NCBI GenBank assembly: GCA_014729395.1
Contig: WJJZ01000010.1
Location: 220,544 to 284,543 of the forward strand
Length of the DNA stretch: 64,000 nt
Source of the DNA: Candidatus Magasanikiibacteriota bacterium
GTDB taxonomy: Bacteria; Patescibacteriota; Patescibacteriia; Magasanikbacterales; UBA922
Direction of reading: 5' to 3'
In this document: in pieces, positions 26,272-35,420 of the stretch
How the letters are laid out: each line of letters starts with the position of its first letter
How positions within the stretch are numbered: the first letter of the stretch is position 1
Translations under genes and position numbers: made by a program
Notes under the pieces: model-generated
Seen by the model: only the letters and a program-made list of their open reading frames with translations
Told to the model about the DNA's origin: nothing
Databases searched by the model: none

Positions 26272-27705
26272 ATGGAAAATGAACAAATAAACTTTCTGGA
26301 AGAGGAAAAAATTAATTATAATGAAAAAAACAGCCTGAAAAAATGGCGTCGTATTTTTATTTTTTCAATTGCTTTTTTTATTTTGGTTCTGGTATTTGGT
26401 ATAACCAGATTTGTGGCTACGGAATATGCACCAAACGACCCTATGGCATATGATGCTGTAACTTTAGAACCCAAAAAACCAGAGGGTTTGCTAGGAAAAA
26501 TAAAACAATTAATATTTCATAAGGAAAACACTTTGGAAGGTGAAAGCCGGGATCGCATAAATATTCTTCTTTTGGGAATGGGTGGCCTGGGACATGATGG
26601 ACCGTTTCTAACCGATACGATAATAATTGCCAGCATAAAACCATCCACCAATCAAGTGGCCATGATATCAATTCCTCGTGATTTGGGCGTTGATATACCG
26701 GGTCATGGTTGGCACAAAATAAACCATGCTAATGCTTACGGAGAAGCGGAAAACAAAGATTGGGGAGCCGCATTTGCTACAGCTGTTATTGAAGACACTT
26801 TTGATATTGATATTCAATACTATGTACGGGTTGACTTTAAAGCCTTTGAAGAAGTGGTTGATGAAGTCGGTGGTGTGACCGTTAATGTGGAAAGATCCTT
26901 TGTTGACTATATGTATCCCGCTCCCAATGATGAATACCAGACAGTTTCATTCACAGAGGGAGTAAAAAAAATGGATGGCTCTGAAGCTCTTATTTATGCT
27001 CGTTCCAGACACGGATCTAACGGTGAAGGTTCGGACTTTGCCAGAGCAAAAAGACAACAAAAAGTAATTCTCGCATTAAAAGAAAAAGTACTTTCGTATT
27101 CCACATTATTAAATCCGGTAAAAATTAACAATATAATGAAATCCCTGGAAAGTCATATAACTACAAATATGGAATTTGCAGACATTATTAGTTTTGCCAA
27201 GATGGCAAAAGATCTTGATACCGAAAACATCATAAACGTGGTGCTGGATAATAGTGCTGATGGATATTTGAAAAATGCTTTCTCCCCTACGGGTGCCTAT
27301 ATTCTAAAACCAAAAGATGGAAATTTTGATGAAATTAATAGACTTATTGACAATATATTTCAATCTGAACTGCAATCTGTTGATGATACACCAAGACAAG
27401 ACAAACCGGATTTTTCCTATGCTGCAATTGAAATTCAAAATGGGACTTGGTATGCCGGTATGGCTGCGCGCATGAGAAAACGGCTTCAAGACAACAATTT
27501 CAGTGTTAGTTCAATCGGCAACACCGAACAAAGACCACAGGCAAAAAGTTTAATTTATGTTACAAGCGAAGGTGAATACAATGATGTTATTAAAGCACTG
27601 GAAGAAGAACTTCTGGTTCAAAAAGTGGATCATTTACCACCCGGTATTACACCGGCCAGTTCAACCGACATCCTGGTAATACTGGGAGAAGATATGCAAG
27701 AATAA
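26272..27705 (+). CDS. LCP (LytR-CpsA-Psr) family protein with a LytR_C domain
   Basis: INILLLG, TDTIII, SIPRD, KINHA, YARSRH, SDFARAKRQQ; C-terminal NGT..GMA..GN..VILG. Confidence 0.92.
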   Translation: MENEQINFLEEEKINYNEKNSLKKWRRIFIFSIAFFILVLVFGITRFVATEYAPNDPMAYDAVTLEPKKPEGLLGKIKQLIFHKENTLEGESRDRINILLLGMGGLGHDGPFLTDTIIIASIKPSTNQVAMISIPRDLGVDIPGHGWHKINHANAYGEAENKDWGAAFATAVIEDTFDIDIQYYVRVDFKAFEEVVDEVGGVTVNVERSFVDYMYPAPNDEYQTVSFTEGVKKMDGSEALIYARSRHGSNGEGSDFARAKRQQKVILALKEKVLSYSTLLNPVKINNIMKSLESHITTNMEFADIISFAKMAKDLDTENIINVVLDNSADGYLKNAFSPTGAYILKPKDGNFDEINRLIDNIFQSELQSVDDTPRQDKPDFSYAAIEIQNGTWYAGMAARMRKRLQDNNFSVSSIGNTEQRPQAKSLIYVTSEGEYNDVIKALEEELLVQKVDHLPPGITPASSTDILVILGEDMQE

Positions 27706-27706
27706 T

Positions 27707-29107
27707 ATGTCAGAAAACAATAGAAAAATAAATTATGAAAATTTACCCGTTGTTGTGATGGTAGGCCGTGTTAATGTTGGTAAATCTACCCTTTTCAACA
27801 GATTAACCGAACAGAACAAGGCTCTCGTATCTGACATTCCGGGAACTACCAGGACATCTAATGAAGGATTAGTTTTATGGAGAGGTAAATACGTCAAATT
27901 AATAGATACGGGCGGTCTTAGTTTTGCCTATGATGTACCCCTTGAAGAAGATATAATAAAACAAAGTGAAAGAGCTATGAAGGAAGCGGATTTGGTATTA
28001 TTTGTAACTGATGCTAAGGTTGGAATTCTTCCCCAAGAAAAAGAACTTGCCAAAAGATTGCGTCGATTGGTAAAAAAACCGGTAATTTTATTGGCCAACA
28101 AAATCGATACTAAAAAAATGGAATCGAATGTGACTGAACCGGATTATGCAAAATTGGGATTGGGTGTACCCTTCCCTATTTCCGCTGTAAACGGCAGAAA
28201 CGTGGGTGATCTGCTGGATATAATATTTAAAAAACTACACTCCGGAAAAGTCAGACCAAAGACAAAAAAAATTGAAAAAAATGAAATTATTGATATTTCA
28301 CTTATTGGAAAGCCAAATGTTGGTAAATCATCTCTATTCAACAAATTAATCGGCCAAGATAAGGTAATTGTTAGTGAGATGCCACATACCACCCGTGAAC
28401 CTTTCAATACCGAACTGATTTATGAATATAGTTTGAATGATAAAAAAATAAAACAAAAAATAAATTTCATTGATACGGCCGGAATCAGACGCAAGGCAAA
28501 AGTAAAAGGCAAACTGGAAAAAAGCGGCATCCAAAAAAGTATAAAGTCAATAGAAGAGTCAGATATTGTGCTTTTTGTTCTGGATGCTGCTGAATCAATT
28601 TCCCACCAAGACAAACAACTTGGGGGTTTAATTGAAAAAAGAGGTAAAAGTGTCTTAATTTTATTAAATAAATGGGATTTAAGCGAAGATAACAGTCAGG
28701 CAAAAAGAAAAGAAATAACAAAATTTGTTAGAGCTCATTTTCCTCACTTAAAATTTGCTCCGATTGAATTCGTAAGCGGATTAACAGGTTATGGAGTACA
28801 TAAAATTTTTCCCACTATTATTCGAATATACTCTGCTCGACATACTCATATACCGGATCCTGTTTTACAAAAATTCTTAGATTCAATAACCAAAGAAAAA
28901 TTACCAAGCAGAGGAAAAGGTACACGTCATCCAAAAATTGTCGGAATAAAACAAACCGGCATTGCTCCGCCGGTAATAGAGTTAACTATCAAATACCGAA
29001 CCTCCCTCCACTCGTCATATGTTAATTACATAGAAAACAAATTGCGTGAAAGATTTGATTTTACCGGAACACCTATTATAATAAAGTTAACTAAGATGAA
29101 GAGATAA
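27707..29107 (+). CDS. der: Ribosome biogenesis GTPase Der/EngA
   Basis: Two G domains (GRVNVGKS/DTGG/NKID and GKPNVGKS/DTAG/NKWD) plus a KH-like tail. Confidence 0.95.
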   Translation: MSENNRKINYENLPVVVMVGRVNVGKSTLFNRLTEQNKALVSDIPGTTRTSNEGLVLWRGKYVKLIDTGGLSFAYDVPLEEDIIKQSERAMKEADLVLFVTDAKVGILPQEKELAKRLRRLVKKPVILLANKIDTKKMESNVTEPDYAKLGLGVPFPISAVNGRNVGDLLDIIFKKLHSGKVRPKTKKIEKNEIIDISLIGKPNVGKSSLFNKLIGQDKVIVSEMPHTTREPFNTELIYEYSLNDKKIKQKINFIDTAGIRRKAKVKGKLEKSGIQKSIKSIEESDIVLFVLDAAESISHQDKQLGGLIEKRGKSVLILLNKWDLSEDNSQAKRKEITKFVRAHFPHLKFAPIEFVSGLTGYGVHKIFPTIIRIYSARHTHIPDPVLQKFLDSITKEKLPSRGKGTRHPKIVGIKQTGIAPPVIELTIKYRTSLHSSYVNYIENKLRERFDFTGTPIIIKLTKMKR

Positions 29108-29194
29108 GCACCCAGTTGCCAACAGACATTGATTACATACAGTTGGACTCAATCGACATCTGCTGGCGACCGGGCCTTGGCGAAATATTATAAT

Positions 29195-29734
29195 ATGAAA
29201 TTAATAATTGGTCTCGGAAATCCGGGAAAAAAATACGAGAAGACGCGTCATAACGTCGGTTTTATGGTACTTGATAAATTACACAATAAACTACTTAACA
29301 AAGGCGTTAGCGAGTGGCAATTAAGTAAAAAATTTAATGCCATGATCTCGGGCTTGACAGTTTCCGGAGAAAAAATAATTCTAGCTAAACCAATGACCTT
29401 TATGAATGCCTCCGGTCAAGCGGTTCAGTTGATAGCTCACTATTACAAAATATCACCGGAAGATATTATTATTATTCATGATGACAAAGACATAGAATTG
29501 GGAGAAATAAAAATTCAAAATGAACGAGGAGACGCCGGCCATAATGGAATTCGCTCGATCCAAAAAAATATTAAATCAAATGAATTTACAAGAATAAGAG
29601 TAGGTATTGGATCATCTGATAAAAAAATGAAAGATGTATCCAAATTTGTTCTTAGTAAATTTTCTATATTTGAGAGAAAAAAAGTAGATGACACAATCAA
29701 TAAAGCTGTAAATATATTATTAAAAAAATTGTAA
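29195..29734 (+). CDS. pth: Peptidyl-tRNA hydrolase
   Basis: MKLIIGLGNPG, TRHNVGF, KPMTFMNASG and GHNG motifs. Confidence 0.96.
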   Translation: MKLIIGLGNPGKKYEKTRHNVGFMVLDKLHNKLLNKGVSEWQLSKKFNAMISGLTVSGEKIILAKPMTFMNASGQAVQLIAHYYKISPEDIIIIHDDKDIELGEIKIQNERGDAGHNGIRSIQKNIKSNEFTRIRVGIGSSDKKMKDVSKFVLSKFSIFERKKVDDTINKAVNILLKKL

Positions 29735-29746
29735 TAAAAACTCATT

Positions 29747-30832
29747 ATGGAAAAGGAAATATTATTTTCTTATTTTCCTAAAAACACAGTTAGAAGGTAT
29801 AGACAGCTGATGTCTGAATTCAAAAACCTTGACAATGCATGGCAAGCGGAATTTGACGACCTTAAGCGTTTAAATTGGTCAGATAATCTAATCCATGAAT
29901 TCCTATTATGGAAAGATGAGCTGGATGAAAATAAAATATTCGACACATTGAGAAAAGAAAAAATAAAATGTCTCACAATATCAAATGATAAATACCCAAA
30001 ATTATTGAAAGAAATATATGACCCTCCTTTTTGTTTGTTTGTTAGAGGAGAATTTAAAGCATTTAAATTGCCGATTGCAATCGTAGGTACGAGAAAAAAT
30101 ACCAACTACGGAAAAAACATCACCAAAAAGCTGGCAAGCACTTTGACCCAAGCCGGGTGTGAAATAATAAGCGGTCTTGCCTATGGAATTGATGCTGTCT
30201 CTCATGATACATGTATTAATAAATCCGGATATACAATTGCCGTATTGGGCGGTGGTATTGACAAGCAGCATGTCCACCCGGCCGGCAATAAGATACTGGG
30301 TGAAAAAATCATTCAAAACGGAGGCTGTTTAATCTCTGAGTACCCACCGGGAACATTGCCCACCAAGTTCACATTCCCCAAAAGAAATCGCATCATTGCC
30401 GGTTTGAGCAAAGCGGTTATTATTATCGAAGCACCAAAAAAATCTGGAGCACTAATAACCGCTCAATCGGCCCTTGATAACAATAGAGATATATATGCAA
30501 TACCGCAAAATATCGACTCTCATACATCTTCCGGTGTCAATAAATTAATAAAATCAGGTGCCGGAATAATAACCGAAGCCAATGATATACTGGAATACTT
30601 GAATTTGCCAAACGAGGATAACTGTGATAACAATAATCGTACCATAAAACCGGATAATTTAGAGGAAGAAAAAATTCTTGATGCTTTTGATAATGATTTA
30701 ATCTTACACATAGATGACATTATCAAAAAAACAGCCATGGAAAGCTCCTTGGTATCAAGCACAATATCAATTATGGAACTCAAAGGTGCTGTAAAAAATA
30801 TTGGTAATATGAAATATAAAATAACAAGTTAG
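29747..30832 (+). CDS. dprA: DNA-processing protein DprA
   Basis: IAIVGTR, SGLAYGID, FPKRNRIIAGLS, SGALITA and a C-terminal winged helix. Confidence 0.95.
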   Translation: MEKEILFSYFPKNTVRRYRQLMSEFKNLDNAWQAEFDDLKRLNWSDNLIHEFLLWKDELDENKIFDTLRKEKIKCLTISNDKYPKLLKEIYDPPFCLFVRGEFKAFKLPIAIVGTRKNTNYGKNITKKLASTLTQAGCEIISGLAYGIDAVSHDTCINKSGYTIAVLGGGIDKQHVHPAGNKILGEKIIQNGGCLISEYPPGTLPTKFTFPKRNRIIAGLSKAVIIIEAPKKSGALITAQSALDNNRDIYAIPQNIDSHTSSGVNKLIKSGAGIITEANDILEYLNLPNEDNCDNNNRTIKPDNLEEEKILDAFDNDLILHIDDIIKKTAMESSLVSSTISIMELKGAVKNIGNMKYKITS

Positions 30833-30890
30833 TTATGTTGTAGACAGTAGAGAAAATTTGGAAGCTAAATCAAATAAACTTGTTATAATT

Positions 30891-31517
30891 ATGCAAACTC
30901 AATATAAACTAACCATACTCACCGCTATTTTTGTCGGCGGACTAATCTCCGCCAACACACTTGGATCAAAAATTACCACTCTTTTCGGTGTTGCTGTCTC
31001 TGTTGGTATTTTTGCCTACCCACTTACATTCATGGTAACCGATGCGGTTGCCGAAGTTTTTGGAAGAAAAAAAGCAAAACAGATTGTCTGGGCCGCTCTT
31101 ATTGCTCAAGTCTTCGTTCTCCTACTAACCTATGTATCTGTTCAACTTCCGCCTGCTTCTCGTTACCAGCTTAATGAAGAATACGTAAAAATTTTTAGTG
31201 GCAGCCTTAGAATGATCATTGCCAGTTTAATCGCGTTTATTGTAAGCCAAAGTCATGATATTTGGGCGTTTGAATTTTGGAAAAAAATTACAAATAACAA
31301 ATACTTATGGCTAAGGAACAATGCATCCACATTTGTTTCTCAAGCAATCGATACGCTACTATTTATGTTTATTGCTTTTTATGGAATCAGCGAAAAATTT
31401 ACAATATTATTTATTCTTCAATTAAGTTTATCATATTGGTTATTCAAAATTGCCTTTGCCGCACTTGACACCCCTTTTGTCTACTTGCTGGTAAGGTGGT
31501 TAAAAAAAGAAAAATAA
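30891..31517 (+). CDS. yhhQ: Queuosine precursor transporter (YhhQ/Vut_1)
   Basis: YPLTFMVTDAVAEVFG, WLRNNASTFVSQAIDT and DTPFVY motifs. Confidence 0.88.
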   Translation: MQTQYKLTILTAIFVGGLISANTLGSKITTLFGVAVSVGIFAYPLTFMVTDAVAEVFGRKKAKQIVWAALIAQVFVLLLTYVSVQLPPASRYQLNEEYVKIFSGSLRMIIASLIAFIVSQSHDIWAFEFWKKITNNKYLWLRNNASTFVSQAIDTLLFMFIAFYGISEKFTILFILQLSLSYWLFKIAFAALDTPFVYLLVRWLKKEK

Positions 31518-31520
31518 TAA

Positions 31521-32846
31521 ATGGACTTCAATAAAGCCTACAACTATCTATTGTCATTTGCCAACTACCCAAGGAAAGAATACATGAGCGACCCCAGGCA
31601 CTGCGCAATATATCTGAAAAGATTGCAGCTGTTTTTGGATATATTAGGAAATCCTGAAAAAAAAATCCCACACTATATTCATGTTACCGGTACCAGTGGA
31701 AAAGGATCTGTATGCTCCATGCTGCACTCAATTCTTGAAGCTGACGGAAAAAAAGTGGCTTCCACCTACTCTCCACACCCGAGTACTATTACGGAACGAT
31801 GGAAAATTAACAACAGACACATGAGTAAAAAAGAATTTGTGGAATTGATTGATTTTATCAGACCGAAATTGGATGAATACATTAGAAAGAGTCCACATGA
31901 CATGCTATCTTTTTTTGAAGTGACAGAGGCAATAGGTTTTTTATGGTTTGCAAAAAACAAAGTTGAATGGGCTATACTTGAAGTTGCCTGTGGCGGTAGA
32001 TTTGATTCCAGCAATATAATTCCGAAAAAAGACATCGCCGTTATAACCAATATCGGACTTGATCATGTAGGTATTATTGGGAACACAAAAGAAGATATTG
32101 CATATGAAAAAGCGGGCATCATCAAGCCGCAGTCACAAGTCTTTACAGCTGAAAAAAATAAAAAATTACTATCCATATTCAACAAAGAATGTAAAAAGCA
32201 AAGAACAAGCCTAAAAAAAATAAATACCACTAATTACCGATTGCTTAATCATGGAATAGAGGGGGTAAAATTTGAATATGACAATAAAACCTATTTTTTA
32301 CCGGTTATTGGCGAACATCAGATTAAAAACTCTATATTATGTATTGAAATTTCAAAATCATTGGGTATCTCAAAAAATATTATTAAAAAAGGACTTAAAA
32401 AAATTGATTTACCCATCAGAATGGAAGTGGTTGGGAAAAAACCCGTTATAATAATTGACTCGGCACACAATCCGGACAAGATTAAAACTGTTGTTGAAAC
32501 AATTAAAATGTTGACCAAAAAACAAGCACCCATCAACCTTGTGCTTGCTTTTTCAAAAGACAAAAACATAACCAATCTTGTCAAGCAATTATCAATACTG
32601 AAACCTAAGACGGTATCCTGTACCAGAAACACCATTAATCATTTCCGCAAAGTCGCCGAACCCACAAAAATATCTACAAAATTTAAAAGATATTCACCAA
32701 AATCTAAAATCAAAACTTTTTTTGATCCTGAAAACGCTCTGAATTGGTCATATACGAATACTTCAAAAAATGAAATATTACTTGTAACAGGTTCGGTTTT
32801 TTTGAGCGGAGAACTGCGAAAAAAAGCAAAAAAATTGACAATATAG
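31521..32846 (+). CDS. folC: Folylpolyglutamate synthase/dihydrofolate synthase family
   Basis: IHVTGTSGKGS, YSPH, EVACGGRFDSSN, DSAHN and VTGS motifs. Confidence 0.85.
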   Translation: MDFNKAYNYLLSFANYPRKEYMSDPRHCAIYLKRLQLFLDILGNPEKKIPHYIHVTGTSGKGSVCSMLHSILEADGKKVASTYSPHPSTITERWKINNRHMSKKEFVELIDFIRPKLDEYIRKSPHDMLSFFEVTEAIGFLWFAKNKVEWAILEVACGGRFDSSNIIPKKDIAVITNIGLDHVGIIGNTKEDIAYEKAGIIKPQSQVFTAEKNKKLLSIFNKECKKQRTSLKKINTTNYRLLNHGIEGVKFEYDNKTYFLPVIGEHQIKNSILCIEISKSLGISKNIIKKGLKKIDLPIRMEVVGKKPVIIIDSAHNPDKIKTVVETIKMLTKKQAPINLVLAFSKDKNITNLVKQLSILKPKTVSCTRNTINHFRKVAEPTKISTKFKRYSPKSKIKTFFDPENALNWSYTNTSKNEILLVTGSVFLSGELRKKAKKLTI

Positions 32847-32863
32847 CTAAATTATCTTATGCT
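32835..32863 (+). promoter_or_regulatory. Putative sigma70 promoter for topA
   Basis: TTGACA-17 nt-TATGCT. Confidence 0.55.
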
Positions 32864-32897
32864 GTTTGTTAGCATATATTATTTTATATAAAATATC

Positions 32898-35117
32898 ATG
32901 AGTAAATCATTAGTTATAGTTGAATCACCAACAAAAGCGAAAACAATATCAAAATTTTTAAAAAACGGATATATAGTTGAATCCTCTTTTGGTCATTTAA
33001 GAGATTTACCCAAAAGCAAAATGGGTATAAATATAGAAGATGAAAGTTTTGAACCTGAGTATATAATTCCCAAAGACAAAAATAAATACGTCAAAATCCT
33101 AAAAGAAAAATCAAAAAAAGCCGATGAAATCATTTTTGCAACAGATGAAGACAGAGAAGGTGAAGCGATTTCATGGCATTTGGCACAAATTCTGGGTATT
33201 GATCCCAAAAAAGCAAAACGGATTGTTTTTCATGAAATTACAAAAAGAGCGATAGAAGAAGCGATAAAAAATCCCAGACATATTGATAAACAATTGGTTA
33301 ATGCTCAACAAGCCAGAAGAATACTCGACAGATTGGTAGGTTACGAGCTTTCACCATTTTTATGGAAAAAAGTTGCTCGCGGTTTATCGGCCGGTCGTGT
33401 TCAGTCAGTAGCTCTTCGCTTAATAGTTGAAAGAGAAAGAGAGATTAAAAAATTTATACCCCAAGAATATTGGACTCTATTGGGTATTTTTGATATTCCC
33501 ACAACCAAAAAGAAAGAACAATTGGAAGCAAAATTATACAGTATTGATGATAAAAGACTAAAAAAATTAGATATAAAACAGAAAAAAGAGATAGACGAAA
33601 TTCTACAAGATTTAAAAACAGCAAAATATAAAATAACAAAAATTACGAAAAAAGAAACAAAACGCACTCCTCCACCGCCATTTACAACCTCCACTCTCCA
33701 ACAAAATGCTCATAATAAACTGGGATATTCCTCAAAACAAATAATGAGAATTGCCCAACAATTATATGAAGGTGTGAAAATTGGATCTCACGGTCATGTA
33801 GGTTTAATTACGTATATGCGTACAGATTCCTTGAATCTTTCGAATAAATTTACCAAAGAGGTAAAAGACTTTATAAATAAAGAATTCGGCAATAAATATT
33901 CTATTGAAAAAATCAGATATTATAAAAATAAATCCAAAGGAGCCCAAGAAGCACATGAGGCGATCAGACCCACAGACCCTGAAAAAACCCCTGAATCAAT
34001 TAAGGAATACCTTACCCCTCAACAATACAAAATATACGATTTGATTTGGAAAAGAGCGGTTGCAACGCAGATGAAAGAAGCCAGATTAAACAAAACCAGT
34101 CTGGACATTTCAGCTAAAAAATATACTTTTAGAGCTAGCGGACAAACCATGATTTTCAGTGGTTGGCTAAAACTGTACCCAAAATCCATAAAGGAAGAAA
34201 TGCTGCCTGATTTGAAAGAAGGTTTGGAAATGGATTGTTCAGTATTAAAACCGGAACAGCATTTTACAGAACCGCCAGCCAGATATTCAGACGCGACATT
34301 GGTCAAAGCCCTGGAAGAACATGGTATTGGCAGACCTTCAACTTATGCTCCCACTATTGCCACAATTGAAGCGAGAAAATATGTTGAAAGGGATGAAAAT
34401 AAAAGACTTATGCCCACGGAAATATCATTTTTAGTAAACGATTTATTGGTAAAACATTTCTCAGATATAGTTGATTATGAATTTACAGCTGAAATGGAGG
34501 AAGATTTGGATACAATTGCCGAAGGAGAAAAAAAATGGAAACCAATAATTAGGGATTTTTATAAACCTTTTCATAAAAATTTAGAAAAAAAGACAAAAGA
34601 ACTATCAAAAAAAGAGTTGACTGAAGAAGAAACGGATGAAAAATGCGAGAAATGCGGCAGTGATATGATAATTAAACTCGGACGATTCGGAAAATTTATG
34701 GCATGTTCCAATTATCCGGAATGTAAGAATACAAAACCGGTTGACCCTGAGGAAAGAAAAGAAGAAGAAACGGATGAAAAATGCGAGAAATGCGGCAGTG
34801 ATATGATTGTAAAACATGGTAGATATGGAACCTTTCTGGGTTGTTCAAATTACCCCGACTGTAAAAATATAAAACCAATAGAAAAGAAAACGGGGGTAAA
34901 ATGCAACAAATGTAATAATGGAGAATTTATAGAAAAAAGAACAAAAAAAGGAAGAACTTTTTACGGTTGTAATCGTTATCCCGATTGCGAAAATGCTTTA
35001 TGGAGTAAACCAACGGGAGAAAACTGTCCTCAATGTAAACAACCATTAGTGTTTGGTTCAAAAAAAGTCATTCGCTGCTCAAACAAAGAATGCAAATACA
35101 AAAAAAATAATAAATAA
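32898..35117 (+). CDS. topA: DNA topoisomerase I with C-terminal zinc ribbons
   Basis: VESPTKAK, DEDREGE, SAGRVQ, ITYMRTD, GIGRPSTY and C4 zinc fingers. Confidence 0.97.
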   Translation: MSKSLVIVESPTKAKTISKFLKNGYIVESSFGHLRDLPKSKMGINIEDESFEPEYIIPKDKNKYVKILKEKSKKADEIIFATDEDREGEAISWHLAQILGIDPKKAKRIVFHEITKRAIEEAIKNPRHIDKQLVNAQQARRILDRLVGYELSPFLWKKVARGLSAGRVQSVALRLIVEREREIKKFIPQEYWTLLGIFDIPTTKKKEQLEAKLYSIDDKRLKKLDIKQKKEIDEILQDLKTAKYKITKITKKETKRTPPPPFTTSTLQQNAHNKLGYSSKQIMRIAQQLYEGVKIGSHGHVGLITYMRTDSLNLSNKFTKEVKDFINKEFGNKYSIEKIRYYKNKSKGAQEAHEAIRPTDPEKTPESIKEYLTPQQYKIYDLIWKRAVATQMKEARLNKTSLDISAKKYTFRASGQTMIFSGWLKLYPKSIKEEMLPDLKEGLEMDCSVLKPEQHFTEPPARYSDATLVKALEEHGIGRPSTYAPTIATIEARKYVERDENKRLMPTEISFLVNDLLVKHFSDIVDYEFTAEMEEDLDTIAEGEKKWKPIIRDFYKPFHKNLEKKTKELSKKELTEEETDEKCEKCGSDMIIKLGRFGKFMACSNYPECKNTKPVDPEERKEEETDEKCEKCGSDMIVKHGRYGTFLGCSNYPDCKNIKPIEKKTGVKCNKCNNGEFIEKRTKKGRTFYGCNRYPDCENALWSKPTGENCPQCKQPLVFGSKKVIRCSNKECKYKKNNK
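34623..34807 (+). repeat. Exact 47-bp direct repeat within the topA zinc ribbons
   Basis: GAAGAAGAAACGGATGAAAAATGCGAGAAATGCGGCAGTGATATGAT at 34623 and 34761. Confidence 0.9.
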
Positions 35118-35120
35118 TAA

Positions 35121-35150
35121 AAAAAATCTCCGAAACCCAGAGATTTTTTT
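35121..35150. terminator. Terminator after topA
   Basis: AAAAAATCTC..GAGATTTTTTT hairpin with U tract. Confidence 0.65.
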
Positions 35151-35220
35151 ACAGTAGCGACGAGCCTTACCCCAATGTCATATAAAATGGTGTCAGGGCT
35201 CTCAATCGCTACGAACGATA

Positions 35221-35292
35221 TTATATCAAAAAAGCTACAAATATCAAACCATAAAGAAAACTCCGTCTAAAACGGAGTTTTCTAACTGACAT
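35221..35292 (-). CDS. Candidate 23-aa cationic-hydrophobic peptide
   Basis: AGGGAG SD 8 nt before ATG; MSVRKLRFRRSFLYGLIFVAFLI*. Confidence 0.3.
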   Translation of the reverse strand: MSVRKLRFRRSFLYGLIFVAFLI

Positions 35293-35420
35293 TGGGTATT
35301 CTCCCTAACTTCTAAAGGTTATCATAAGTAACTAAAATTAGCAAATTATAATTTATAATATTAAACAGTGCTTGTAATATTTTTAAAAAAAGTGTTTAAT
35401 AAAAAAGTATACAAATTTAT

